In this document: positions 13,929-27,460 of the stretch, piece after piece
Position numbering within the stretch: the stretch's first letter is position 1
How the letters are laid out: every line of letters begins with the position of its first letter
Origin: Camelus ferus
Taxonomy: Eukaryota
NCBI RefSeq assembly: GCF_009834535.1
Contig: NC_045697.1
Location: 112,532,001-112,596,000, forward strand
Reading direction: 5' to 3'
Length of the DNA stretch: 64,000 nt
Program-made: the position numbers and the translations under genes
Notes under the pieces: generated by a model
Databases searched by the model: none
Told to the model about the DNA's origin: nothing
What the model saw: only the letters and a program-made list of their open reading frames with translations

Positions 13929-16334
13929 CACATTTTTCTAGTTAGGCACAGTCCTGCCAATCCCAGCTTGGTAAAGAAAGGTGTCCTTTGTGCTAATAAA
14001 AAGACATCTCTCTCCTTTGCCAGGCCCTGTGCCAGGATTCAGGGTTTGTTAAGTAAACACAGACTGCATTTCAGCTCCCATTAGCCTTTTTGCCCTCTGC
14101 TTCACAAACTAGAGAATGCATCCACAGAGGAAAGAATGCATCCATTGTGCTGCACTTAGCATGGAAGGAAATCGTGGAAGGAGAAATAGCAGAGTCCCTG
14201 CCTCTCACACAAGTGTTTGTATTTAAGGTTCTTTTCTTATAATACAACTTTATATTAAGAATATGGCTGCATGTGTTATTCACAGTTTTACATGACACAT
14301 TTCATTCAGATAGAATGCAGTTCTTATACATCACAGTACAACTTATGTTTATGGTCATTTTCCTATAATGAAATAATGAAATGTTACTGTCTATTTTACA
14401 TGCGTTTTTATTTTGCACGATATACATTTTGGCCTAATGTACATAGTTCGTGTATAAAAACACACAACTTGCGTAGATTTTTTTTTGGTGGAACTTCATA
14501 GATTCATCAGTGAGACTCAACTTTAGTGCCCTGAACTAGTATCTGTTAAAAATTGGAGATTTTTATGAAGGTTTGAGAATAACTTGGATAGGAAAATGGG
14601 AGCTTTCTAGTAAGGTGGGCATGAAGGAAGAGTGAGGAGTGAGGCCGAGGGGTGAGAGGTACTTAAGACATCCAGAGAGCATATGGCAGTGCCCAGCAAT
14701 GGAAGGCTGGAGAGGAGACCTACTGGGCTGGCAAAAGGCCCAAGAAGAGTAGTTGGGAAGTGAATGGCATGTATTTCTTATCATTTTACATTTGCATTTC
14801 TGTAGTACAGTCACACTTAACATTAACTATAATTGTACTCAGGCCCTGAATCCTAATTCAATCATGCAGTCACTTTTCCTTAGCTGTCTGTATCAGAAAA
14901 CACAGATCTTTGTAGCTGCTTTCTTCTGTCTCTCCATCTCTCAAACTGCAGTGTAGAAACAAGGTCAACAAGCCAATGGTATCTGTCAAATTGTTCAGAA
15001 ATCGTAATCAAGCAGATTATCCATGAGTGAGGTAGATAGCTAAGCTACAAGGATTTCGTTACCATTAATTCAAACCAAAACGTGTATCATTTTTAACAAC
15101 TCACTTTGGTAATAAAACCTTACTAATTAGATCTAATTTCATTAAGATTTTAGTTATTTAAACTTGTTGAAAATTTATCTCTATTAAGATTTATTAGTCT
15201 GGCCTTATTTATTTATTATACAGCTTATTTAGTATAGATGACTATAAATGAATTAAACATATACTATGTAATAAATATTTAATAAATCCAATGCCATAAA
15301 AATATTTTGACATTTTCTTTGTGACTATAGACACTAAAGGCCTTGTTTGAGTAGATGATGATTTATTATGCATGAACAATTTATCTTGAATTTTAGAGTG
15401 GTCCAAAATAATCAAGCAAAAGCGAATTAAATTAATGTCTTTCAAATGCAATATCTAGATTAATAGTTCTGTTACTTGTTTGAGTTATTGGCTACTTTGA
15501 GAATTCTATGTAAGATACTGCCTTTCTCCACAGAAGAATATACAAATTCCCAGAGACTGGAAATTTTTCATAAGGTTTCAGAACATCACTGGATCCCTTC
15601 TGAAGTCCATAGATACATGGAATCCATATCAGAATGTCTTGCTTGAGTAGTTAATTTTTATTTCAAAAAATAAGGATGTAAACATTTGGATACAATTAAT
15701 AACATTTAACACAAATATGAAAAAGAAACATGCCTATAGTCCCACCTGGAGGTATTCATTTTTCTCTTGGCACTGACTGTAGCATCAAATATTCTATACA
15801 GCTTCACCTTTATTAATTGGATGATGCATCATTGAATGGAAACATGATAGTTTTTGAAGTCTTCTGTTTAAACATTTAGCATGCTTATTTTTACCAATAT
15901 TATAACCAAACTACAATGAACTTAATTTGTATCTAATGAAAACTTTTGAGAAGTAGAATTGCAGAATGCAAAGGTATAAACTTTTTTTTTTTTTTTTTTA
16001 CATTTTGGATTAAGTTTCCCTCTGGGGATGTTTTTATCAACTTTTTACTTACTGCCAGGAGTTGACAGCCAAGGTCCCACTTCCTTGAATCCTACTAGAT
16101 ATTACTACTTAAATAAAAGTCTTTGCAGATTTTGAATGAAACTTGTAATTTTATGGTTACTAGAGGGACTTGTAAAAAATCAAGTTATCTGATACATATA
16201 CACAAATACAGTAAAAGCACTGGTGTCTAGAGTCACCACAAATGTGGCAGGAGAGTTGAAACCTAGGGAAGATAAATAAGAAGGTAATTCTCCTACTAGC
16301 TTGGAAGAACAGTGATCAATAAAGGAATTAAACA

Positions 16335-16547
16335 CGCAAGTGTTAGAAAACTAGAATTTACATCTCAGTTTTAAGACATACTAGCTTAGAATCATAGCTA
16401 AATTTTGTCATCACTTGAAAACTTTGTTTACTCCTTTGTAAAATGAAGGTAACATCATTGCCTATTTCACAAAATGCTTGTAAAGGTTAAATAAAATATT
16501 GCAAGTAAGGATATTACCATGGTGCTTGGTACACACTAAAGACTCAG
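16335..16547 (+). mobile_element. MIR SINE interrupted near its 3' end by an L1
   Basis: Core tgtaaaatgaagg...gtgcttggtacac; the MIR tail caataaaagtttactattattatt resumes at about 17332. Confidence 0.55.
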
Positions 16548-17325
16548 TGAAGATGCTCAGTATCACTCATCATTAGGGAAATGCAATCAAAACCACAATG
16601 AGGTATCATCTCACATCTGTTAAAACTACCGTTTTCAAAAAGACAAATGTTGGTGAGAATGTGGAGAAAAGGGAACCCTTGGGCACTGCTGGTGGGAATG
16701 TAAATTGATGCAGCCTCTATGGAAAACAGTATGGAAGTTCCTTAAAAAACTAAAAATAGAACTACCATATGATCCAGCAGTTTCACTTCTGGATGTTACC
16801 CAAGGAAAATAAAAACACTAATTGGAAAGATATGTGCACCCGTATGTTCATTGCAGCATTGTTTACAGCCAAGATATGGAAGCAATCTAAATGCCCATTG
16901 ATGGATGAATGGATGAAGATGTGATGTATATATACAGTGGAATATTATTCACCCATAATAAAGAATGAAATCTTACCATTTTTGACAACATGAATGGATC
17001 TTGAGAACATTACGCTAAGTGAAACAAGTCAGAGACAGACAAATAGTGTACAATCTCAAGTATATGTGTGATCTAAAAAAAGAAGAACAGACAAACAAAA
17101 AACAAGTGCATAGATACAGAGAACAGATTGGTGGTCGCCAGAGGTGAGGGGTGGGGAGAATGGGTGAAGGGAATCAAAAGGTACAAACAAACTTTTAGTT
17201 ATAAAATAAATAAATCATTGGGATGTAATGTACAGTGGTGCCTACAGCTAATACTTTGTTGTATATTTGAAAGCTGCTAAGAGAGTAAATCTTTCATCTC
17301 ATCACAAGGAAAAAAATTGTAACTC
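16548..17325 (+). mobile_element. L1MA9-like ORF2 C-terminus plus 3' UTR fragment
   Basis: aaaccacaatgagg...catatgatccagcag...gttcattgcagcattgttt...tggaatattatt are classic L1 ORF2 C-terminal motifs, followed by the 3' UTR. Confidence 0.85.
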
Positions 17326-18079
17326 AGGACTCAATAAAAGTTTACTATTATTATTCTTTGTATTGGTAACAATTTTTATGACATTAATTGTATCTTGCAT
17401 ACCAAAAGAATTAATAATTTAGGCAATGCAGACATATTACTGTAAACTCATACTGAGCATTTTAGCTTCAAAAAGACTTTCTATTGTACTTGGTATTTTG
17501 AATATTTTCTGAAAGTCACTGTTTTGATAGAGTTGATGAATGAGTCACATTATACATATGTTAAAATTGGATGCAAATATGAACAATGAAGCATTAGGAA
17601 AAGTACAAAAATAAGGTGACCCCTCAGTATATCTGCCACAGAGGAGTCACTGTGCCTCCTTGTACATATTTTGGTTGTGTCTTTTTTAATAAATACAATG
17701 TTGAGAAAGATACTTTTAATAAAATATCTCTGAATTCGAACATTTTTAAAGAGATAATATACCCATTTTCAGGGAGTATATATGTGTTGGAAATTTAATT
17801 AACAAAATGCATGCATATAATCTCAAGAAGTAATATTCCACTCCAGTTCTCTGCTCCAACGCATTCCTAGAAACCATCCTTGCTTTTACTTTTCTTAGGG
17901 TTTGCACTCATCAGTCTCCATGACTCAACATGTCTAACTCTTGTCAATGCCCTTGACTCACAGAAGGATACATGAAAAATAGATCATTTTTAAATCCCCA
18001 TCATTTCTATCCACCCCTACTCTAATATTTTAAATAAGATTATTGTGATTCATTTTCTACCAAGAGCCTTCTAACTTTA

Positions 18080-18444
18080 TTTTTTTTACAGTATTTTTTT
18101 CTTTGTTAAATATATAAAAATATATCGAAGTATAGTCAGTTTACAATGTTGTGTCAATATCTGGTGTACAGCATCGTGTTTCAGTCATACATACACATAT
18201 GTATATTCCTTTTCATATTCTTTTTCATTATAGGTAATACAAGATAGTGAATATAATTCCCTGTGCTATACAGCAGAAATGGATTTTTGTGAGAATCCTT
18301 CTGTGTTTCGAAGCAAGAGACACTGCCAGAGTTCAGTATGTTCTGTGTGATTCAGTGGGTTTGTAGATGTAGTTCCCAGTGTATTTGTGGGAGAGGGCGA
18401 GCTGTGAGTCTCTCTACTCTGCCATCTTGGCTCAGTTCCTCCCC
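18080..18444 (-). mobile_element. Compact L1: about 165 bp 5' end fused to about 200 bp 3' tail
   Basis: The minus strand starts gggg-aggaactgagccAAGATGGCagagtag (L1 5' end with YY1 motif) and joins the 3' UTR at about 18280. Candidate TSD taacttta at 18072-18079 and 18449-18456. Confidence 0.75.
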
Positions 18445-19699
18445 TTGTTAACTTTAAGTATATATAGAATCTTCTATTTCTGGTTCCATAAACATTAACC
18501 ATTAACTTGGCACTCTTTACTACAAAAGATGATAAGTTTGTATCTTCCACCCACCACACCATTATTTATTCCCCTTCAACTTCCCATAAAAATCTCACAC
18601 AGATTTTCATGGTAGGATTTGTTCGTCTTTCCCTCATTTTTTTTTTCTTGCAGAACAAAGTAAAGCCTTGTGTTCTCACAGACTCCAAATTATCTTCTCT
18701 TACCATCTCCTTCCCCTCCATCCACTGTATTTCCTTCTGAACATTTCCAGTCTACACTCCAATCTCACCGTCTCAGCAAAACATTCCCTCTTTAAAAGGT
18801 ACTGATTCACTCATGCTGAAAATGACGCTACATTATTGATGCCACACAGATTTATATGATACTGTGTTATCTTAATTACAAAACAGAGGCTGTTTTTATG
18901 TCTTCCCCCCTCCGTGGTGCACTTCCCTAGTGCTTTCTTACACCCTCCGCAGGGCCAGCTACCATTCTGGACTCTCAGGAAACACCCCACAGAGTTGTTG
19001 GATTGTAATTAAAAGATGACGACACTCACACATGTCATCTATGATCAGGGCAAATCTTTTGTATTAAGGTTAATGTTTCATTTGTGTCAGTAGTTTGATC
19101 TTGAAGACGATGCAGGACTAGACGGCAGGTTATTAATACCAGGTTGGTGTAGAGCAGCATTTCATCACTGCCAGAATTTACGATAAGGATAAAGTCTTTT
19201 TAGGATGAATATTAAAAATGCCTTGGCTGCACTTGGCGGTTATAAAACCGTAGAAAAGGTGCATTAACTCCTGCTCTAAATTTTTAAACCACAGGCTACA
19301 TTCTCATTTTTCTCCAAAACGCTATCTTTTGGGGGGAGGTTGTTACTCCCTTTTTTCTATGGAATATTTCCATTTGTTATTATACAAAAATAATACTCTT
19401 TTCAAATCTAAATTTAAAATGGACCTTTTCTAAAAGGTGAAAATACTATTATTTATAAATAGAGGAAACAGTAACAGATATGTCTTATTATGTATTTCTT
19501 TTCAGAAAATGCAGCTGGCCTCCAGTTGGCTTTTCCTTTTCCAGGTGTTTTTTCTATTCACTCTTGTCAGTTTGTCACTTGTAAATCTCCAATGAAAGGC
19601 AGAACCCAGAAAGGAAAAAAAAGACGCTTTTCCAAAAATTTCCTCAAAAGAGTACAACATTAAAGGAAGTATAGTTTATTTTAAAAAAACATTTATCTT

Positions 19700-20760
19700 T
19701 GCAGGATGAGGTCAGGTCAGTTGTCAGTTGGTCCTCCCTGGATCTTAGATTGTACAGAAGGTCTAGGAATGCTCTTTTTCCAGAGCTTTTCCACCTTCAT
19801 AGTAGTCAAAACTCCCTCTGGAGAAAGCTTGGGGAAGATTTACGATGGGTATTTGTTGCCATGTTGCAAAATCACCAGACCTCTCTCCAAGTTAGTATGT
19901 TGCAGGTCTGTAAAGTGACTCAGGTCTAGGGTGAAATTAAGGGACTGGGAAACCCCAGTGGTGACTTGATTCAAATGTATCCCCGTGACACACGGGTGCT
20001 TTATCTCATATTTTATCCAGAATCCTTGGTGAACACTCTCACGTTGATAGCTTTGGCTTAGTCCAGTATCACTCCAATGTCACAGTTTCTCTTCCTTTGT
20101 GTAACATCTTTAGAGTATTTCCTGACACTTATCCTTAGCTCTTGACAAATGAAATTATCAAAGATCCTGCAACTTCTTCAGTGTATACAGTTTCCCCCTT
20201 TGGCAAGGACTATGCACTTTTTTCTCTGGTTAATACGCAGATATGTCTCATCATGAGACTGAAGGCAGTGAGGGGTGGTGAAGACAGATCTTGAGAATAA
20301 TCAGCATATTATTTTTGAGGTAACCACCCAAGCAAAGTCACTGAAACATTTCTTTGCAAGGATGATTGGTTTCCTGAGCTGAAGGAGCAAAGCTGCCTCC
20401 ACTAGTAAGAACATTGCAGAAGGATTTTTAGATCTACATTTCAACTTTGAGTGCTTTTGCTCGGCATCTAAATCTCTAATGTCATTTACCCACTCCTTCT
20501 CTACAAATTTTCCTTCCTTGGGCATAAATGATTCGGCAAGTTGTGCATTTCAGTGACATTATAGCTCTGTAGTCTCAGTCAGATGCTGGATTTGATCTTC
20601 AACCCTGTATTCCCTTTACTCCTTACATATAAAGGGTTATTTTAAGGCTGCTCTTAAGATTTTCTGGATCTCCACCTGTGACATGAATCGGGAGATCAGT
20701 GTTTGGAACATACATTTGTTTTTGTCAGTACTCTTCAGAATAGTCAGAAGCGATCATCTC
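19700..20760 (-). mobile_element. Decayed ERVL-type internal (gag-like) sequence
   Basis: Minus-strand segments tacactgaagaagttgcagga, accaaggattctgga and gaaggagtggg resemble ERVL gag; many stops and frameshifts. Confidence 0.55.
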
Positions 20761-20978
20761 ATCCCATAATCTTTGCAATAACTTCTTTTTTTTTTTTTGC
20801 CATAGCAAGTAAGCACCAAAGACAATTGATCATTCAATGATTTGTGCTCAATTGGTAATTCATTTCATGTCATTCAAGTGAAAAATTGAAAAAATGTGAC
20901 ACCAATCTGTCAGGTTTTCAGTCTGCTCACACATAGGAAAGAAAGTCCATCACGAAATACTGCTCATGATAACAATTA

Positions 20979-22088
20979 TTGTATCAGCTGGGGTTGTGGC
21001 AGAAGTAGATGGAATGTTCAAAATGGTTTTAATGAAAAGAACTTAAAGGAGACAGAGCTGAGTGAACCAAAAAGGATGGCGGGGCGTGCAGTGGGAACTT
21101 AGAGTGGGATCACTGAAGGGAAGAGCAGACACCTATGGCAGCTGACGGACCACTCAGCAGGTGCTCTCTGAAGAGGAGAGAAGCTGCTGTTAGAAATGCA
21201 ATGACACAGAGAGGGAAGGAGGAGAATGAATACCTGGCCTCACTTCGTCTCACCCTCCACCCACTCCTGCTGCCCTGTACTTACCAAACCCAGCTAAGGC
21301 CAGAGGGTAAAGAAGTCCCTGGAGTCAGTGCTGTACCTTGGGATGCAGAGCAGAGCAGAGAAGGCCAGAGTATAGAAGACTTACCATATGCTCCAACGAT
21401 CCCACTCCTGGGCATATATCCAGGGGGAAATCTAATTCAAAAAAAATACATGCACCCCAATGTTCACAGCAGCACTGTATACAATGGCCAAGACACTGAA
21501 GCAACCTAAATGTCCATCGACACATGACTGGCTAAAGAAGCTGTGGTATATATATACAATGGAATACTACTCAGCCATAAAAAAGAATAAGATAATGCCA
21601 TTTGCAGCAACATGGATGGACCTAGAGATCATTATTCTAAGTAAAGTAAGCCAGAAAGAGAAAGAAAAATACCATATGATATCACTCACATGTGGAGTCT
21701 AAAAAAGAAAAAAGAAGACACTAATAAACTTAAGACAGAACAAACTACAGAAAAGAAACAGACTCAGAGACATAGTAAACAATCTTATGGTTACTGGGGG
21801 AAAAGAGGTGGGAAGGGATAAACTGGGAGTTTGAGATTTACAAATATTAACCACTATATAAAAAATAGGTAAAAACCAAATTTCTTCTATATAGCACAGG
21901 GAAGTATATTCAATGTCTTGTAGAATCTTTAATGAAAAAGAATATGAAAAGGAATATATGTATGTTTATGCATGACTGAAACATTGTGCTGTACACCAGA
22001 AATTGACATATTGTAACTGAGTATACTTCAATTAAAAAAAAAAAAAAAGAAGAAGACAAGAGAGGTCAATAGGAAATTATAAGCACAA
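20979..22088 (-). mobile_element. ERVL LTR (LTR33/LTR41-like) split by an L1 insertion
   Basis: tgtatcagctgggg...aatacctggcctcact...ccagagggtaaag...gcagagcagagaagg, then resumes after the L1 tail and ends aagcaca. Confidence 0.55.
21376..22050 (+). mobile_element. Camelid-type L1 3' fragment (ORF2 C-terminus, 3' UTR, poly(A))
   Basis: ORF 21460-21702 MFTAALYTMAKTLKQPKCPS...WYIYTMEYYSAIK is the L1 ORF2 C-terminus; poly(A) at about 22034-22048. Confidence 0.92.
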
Positions 22089-22429
22089 GTACTTTAAAAG
22101 AATCTCAGGCAATTTCAGAAAGATTTATATTAACTTCTCATGTGACTACAGATTTTAAAATTATGGGAACTAACACATAGTAAATGGATTTTGCAATATA
22201 ACCTATATGGCATCTGAGAGCACCCGGTCTTGTTATATTCAAAGTATTATGTCTTGAAAACCACAGTGTCATTCTGTGATGAGTCCATTATTATTTTGGT
22301 AAACAAAATATTTGCATATGTATGCAAAAGTCACTATAAAATGCAGACGTTCAGTGGACCAGGGAATTACATCGATTATACAATTGTATATAAATAATAA
22401 TAAATGTAAGTATAATAATTGTTATTATT

Positions 22430-25400
22430 TTTCTTGAATGCCTTTATTAGTGAGTATGTAATGGTGTCTAATTATGATTTGATTTGCATTTCCAGACTAC
22501 TAATTATGTTGAATAATTCTTTATATAATTATCAATTGTATATTTTATTTGGTGTAACATCCATAAAAATAATTTGACAATTTTATATTTGGTTTTGTCT
22601 TTTTATTATTGAGTGATAAGAGTTCTCACCATTTTTTGCAATGTATAGGTATGTTGAAATAGAGAGACAGAGGTTTAGGTGATAATGTAGACATATTAAT
22701 ATAGACATAGATGTTTATAATCATATATATTAAACATGAAATTAATATATAATTAAAACACAGTATGAAATGAAAAGATAAGCTGTAGGGTAGAAAAAAC
22801 AAGTATGTTATTATATGTTATTTACATAATATGTTTTGTTATGTGTTATATATGATTTATATAATCTAATTTCTTCCATTCCATAGCTTACCTTTTCATT
22901 TATTTAATACACTCTTTGAAACATGGTGGTTTTATTTGAATTATTTTAATCAATTTTTTTTCTTTTATATCCATGGCTTTCTTCTGAAAAAAAATATTTG
23001 CCTTACCTAACATTGCAGAGTTTTCCTCCTATGCTTCCTTTAAGACATGTTATTGCTTTCGACCTTATACTTTGTTCTAATTAGGATGAGATATATGGTG
23101 TGACCTAAGGACCAATATGCATTTCTTTCCAAATGTACATACAGATATTATGGCATCATTTGTTAAAAAGATACGCCATTGTCTTTGTTGAGCTAACTTG
23201 AGGCGATGCAGAAAGACCAGTTGACCACGGATGTGTGGCTGTATCTGAAACCTTCATGTTCGTTTCCCTGGGCCCATTTGTCTGTCCATATACTAATACC
23301 ACACAGTTTTGATTACTTAGCTTTATATTAAGTCTTGAAATCTCGAAATCCAAGTTCCTCAGCTGTTTTCTCATTAAAATTTATTTCGCATCTTGGTTCT
23401 TTGTATTTTCATATAAACTTTACAATTAGTGTATCAATTTTTATACAAAGCCTACTAGGATTGTGATTGTGATTGTAATTGCATTGAATCTATAAATAAA
23501 TTTAGGGACGATTGACATAATAATGACACTCTAAAAACATAATTTATTCATCCATTTATTTAAATCTTCTTTATTTTCTCCCAGCAATGTTTTGTAATCT
23601 TACATATACTTTATTTAATTTATCCCTAAGTATTCTTGCTTTTGGATGCGATTGTAAATAGTGTTTCGAAAATTACATTTCATCATTATTTGTGGGCAGT
23701 GTATACAAATACAATTCATTTTTTTATATACAGACTTTCAGTTTGGTAATTTGTCTTAATTGGCTTAGTTCTAATTGCTTTTTGTAAGATTGCTAAGGCT
23801 TGTTTGCTTACCTGATCATATTTTCTGAAAACAAAGGCACTACTGACTAGGAATTATGGAGGTGAGCATCTGGTCTTGTTTCTGATCACGGAGAGGAAAG
23901 CACTTGACTGGTTTGTTTGCTTGTCTCTCATTAAGGGGGTGTTAGCTAGAAATTGTTTGTAATATCCATTATCAAGTTGAGGGAAAGTCTTCCCTTTTCT
24001 TCATGATTTGCTAAAATTTTGTCAACAGCTGTTGAGTTTTATTAAATGCTTTTTCTATATTAATTGAGTCAACCATGTTTTTTTCTTTTAGTCTTTCCTA
24101 TGGAGCAATACGTTAATTTTTTTATTGTTAAACTAACATGCTTACCTGGGATAAGTGTCTTTTGCTCATGATATATTATCCTTTTACATACTGCCCTTGA
24201 GATTTCGTCTCTGGCTCATGGGCTCTGTTGAAATATACTAGTTGATTTCTAGTTATTTGGGGATTTTACAGATTTCCTTTTTATTGATTTCTAATTTTAT
24301 ACTTTTGTAATCAGAAGACATATATTTGATTATTTCTCATCTTTCAAGTGCATTGAGTATTTTTGTTACCCAGGGTCTGATATACCTTGGTGAATGCTCT
24401 GTGTGTACTAGAAAAGGATTTCTATTCTGCAGTTCTTGGGTGGAGCTGGTTGACAGCGTTGCTTTAAGAGATACTTTTTTCCACCTCTGTTGTCAATTAC
24501 AGAAAGAAGAGTATTGAAATCACAAGCTATCACTGTCGATTTGCCTAATTCTCCTTTCAGTTCTATCAATGTTTGCCTTACTTAGCATCTCTTAATAATG
24601 TACATATTTCTGTTTTTTCTATTTCTTCCTAATGAATTAATCATTTTAACATGTTAAAATATCCCTGTTACTAATAATACTGCATTTGCTGAATTCAAGT
24701 TTGAATTCTAGTTTATTCTGAATAGTGTTTGCATGATGTATCTCTGTAACCTCTGTGTGTCTTTACATTTGAAGTGTGTCTTACATAGACTACATGTGGT
24801 TTGCCCCTGCTGTGTTTCTAAGGTCTGACCACTTCTGCCTTTCAGATGGAGTGTTCAGACAATATCTTTAATATAAGTAGCAGTACTCTGCGATTACAAT
24901 TTATCATCCTGCTCTATATTTTATTGTCCCATCTGTTTTTGTTCTCCCCCTCTCCCCCTTTTCCTTTGCCTTATTTAGGATTGAGTCTTTTTAGAATTCA
25001 GTTTTGTCTCTATCTTTGGCTACTTAGCTGTCTTCCTTTATTTTATTTTTATGGTGATTTCCAGTGTTTAAATATCCATAGGAACCATCACCATACTGCC
25101 TTACATGTGAGAGTATTTTACATATGGAAGACCCTTAAGTTGATACGACCCCTCATTCCTCTCCCCATCCTTTGTCCTACTGTTGCAAACATATGTACGT
25201 ACATATATATGATAAACTCCACAATGCATTGTTTTAAAGAATCAATTTTTAAATACAAATGTGTAAACGAGACAGAAAGAAGTCTCCTATGGTTACTCAT
25301 ACATACACCATCTCTAGTTCTCATCACACCTTTGTGTGGATATAGATTTCCATCTGGTGTCACTTTTCTTCTGCTTCATGAGCGTCCTTTAACATTTCTT

Positions 25401-27460
25401 GTGATGCAGGACTGCTTGCATAAATGTTCTGTTATTATTTGTGTGAACATTATTTTGCCTTTATTTTTGAAGGATATTTTCATCAGTATTTAGTTTGACT
25501 TGACAGGTTTGGTTTTTTGTTTCTTCCAGGTGGACTAAAGAGAAGTCCATGCAATTCTTATTTTTCCTGTCTTGTATTAGATGGGTCTTCCTTTTCTCTC
25601 CAGCATTATTTAAGATTTCCTTTCAGTTAAAGGTTTTCAGAAATTTGGACTTTGGGTCTGTTTTTCTTTATATTTCTTCAGTTTGGGGTTTGATAAGCTT
25701 CTTGGATATGTGGATTTAATTGTCATGAATTTTAGAAAATGTTGACCATGTTTTTTCCAATGTTAATTTCTGCCCCCCCCCCCCATTTCCTTCTGGTCCT
25801 TCATCTGTCTGAGTGTTAAACTGCTTGATTTTCTCCCACATTCACTTCTTTCCTGCCTATTATTTTACAGTCTTTTTCTTTCTCTCTGTCAAAAATTTAG
25901 ATGATATTTCATTATGTGTTCAAGTTTACTTATTTTTTTCTGTAATGTATGATTTGGTTTTGAATCTATTTAGTGAATTTTTGTTTCAGATGTTGTATTT
26001 TTAATATGTTTCACTTGTTTTTTTTTAAAAAATCTTGCATTTCTTTGCTCCTACATTTGTTTTCCTCTGAGCCAATTTGTAACAGCTATTATAATGGCTT
26101 GTCTACTAAATACATCATCTGTGTAATTTCTGGATTTGCTACATCATTGATTTTAATCCTGACTATGAATTCTATTTTGCTTATATGTCTAATCATGGTT
26201 TAGTTAATGCCTGGTATTATGAATAGTCCATTGTTGAGAATCTGGATGTTGCTTTCTTCCTTTAAAAAGTGCAAACATTTGTTCTCTATGTCTGTGAGTC
26301 TTTTCTCTTTTATAAATAAGTTCATTTGTGTTTTTTTAAATATTCTCTATATAAGTGATATCATATGGTATTTTTCTTTCTCTTTCTGGCTTACTTCACT
26401 TTGAAAGACAATCTCCAGGTCTATCCACATTGCTGCAAATGGCACTATTTCATTCTTTTTAATGGCTGAGTAGTATTCCATTGTATAAATATACCATATC
26501 TTCTTTATCCAGTCATCTTTTGATAGACATTTGGGTTGTTTCCATGTTTTGGCTATTGTAAATAGTGCTGCTGTGAACATTTGGGTTTATGTGTGTTTTT
26601 GAATTTGAGTTTTCTCCAGATATATGCCCAGGGGTGGGAAGGGATAAATTGGGAGTTTGAGATTTGCAGATACTACCTACTATATATAAAATAAACAAGA
26701 ATTTCATACTGTATAGCACAGGGGACTATATTCAATATCTTGTAGTAACCTATAATGAAAAAGATGTATGCTATACACCAGAAGTTGACACAACATTGTA
26801 AACTGACTATACTTCAGTAAAAAAAGTACAAAAATTGGTTTCAGTGAACAGTTAATTTATTTGAGGTTTAGTTTTTTATTTTTTTCCCCAGAGGCTGGCT
26901 TTTAAGCTTTATTTAAGGCATGTTTAGAGTAGAATTTATTCTAAGGCATAATTGTTCAGGGATCTCTGCTGAGTAGTGATGATCCCACAAGCTGTCTTCT
27001 CTCACTTGCTGAACCTCAAAACCTGTGTACCCTCTGGAGTTTGCTCAGTCTGTAGCTCTCGGGTAGTTATTCTTACGTTCCTTCTTCCTGCAGAGTGTTG
27101 CCTCATGACCACGTGAATTAGTGTGCCGCTGAAGACTCTAGGAGACCCTCAGACAGATTTCCTCTCCCTTAGGTCTTATATCTCTGGTTCTCTTCCTTTC
27201 CCTCCACCTCAATCTCTCTCCTCATCTAAAACGGACAACCAGGTCCTGGTTTTGTTCTCCTTTTGTACCAGAGTCCAGAAGTGGCCCCCAGGCAGAAAAC
27301 TAGAAAACTAGAAAACAGTGGAAATTATCTCATGGTTTCCTTTTTTAAAAATTCATGGGTCTGGGTTGCCTGGTTGTCTGTTGCCTGGGAACATTTGTGT
27401 AACACATTTTCCCCAGTTTTATATTTCTTTACAATTGTATATAGTTGTCTATAGTAGGAG
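22430..27460 (-). mobile_element. Large decayed ancient L1 (L1M) block, interrupted by a younger L1
   Basis: T-rich reverse-strand L1 motifs (ttgatttgcatttcc, gcattgaatctata, tatccttttacatactg) across about 5 kb; no intact ORF. Confidence 0.7.
26278..26820. mobile_element. 5'-inverted camelid-type L1 (minus 26278-26630, plus 26631-26820)
   Basis: ORF2 C-terminus on minus (ORF 26347-26580) abuts a plus-strand 3' tail; imperfect TSD aaaaagtgcaaacatttg / aaaaagtacaaaaattgg. Confidence 0.85.

Noticed and set aside
19700..20803. Processed pseudogene or death-domain gene on the minus strand
   Set aside because: No frame gave a recognisable host protein; the motifs fit decayed ERVL gag next to an LTR better.
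24846..25493. 215-aa hydrophobic ORF
   Set aside because: It lies in T-rich antisense ancient L1 sequence; the hydrophobicity is a compositional artefact.
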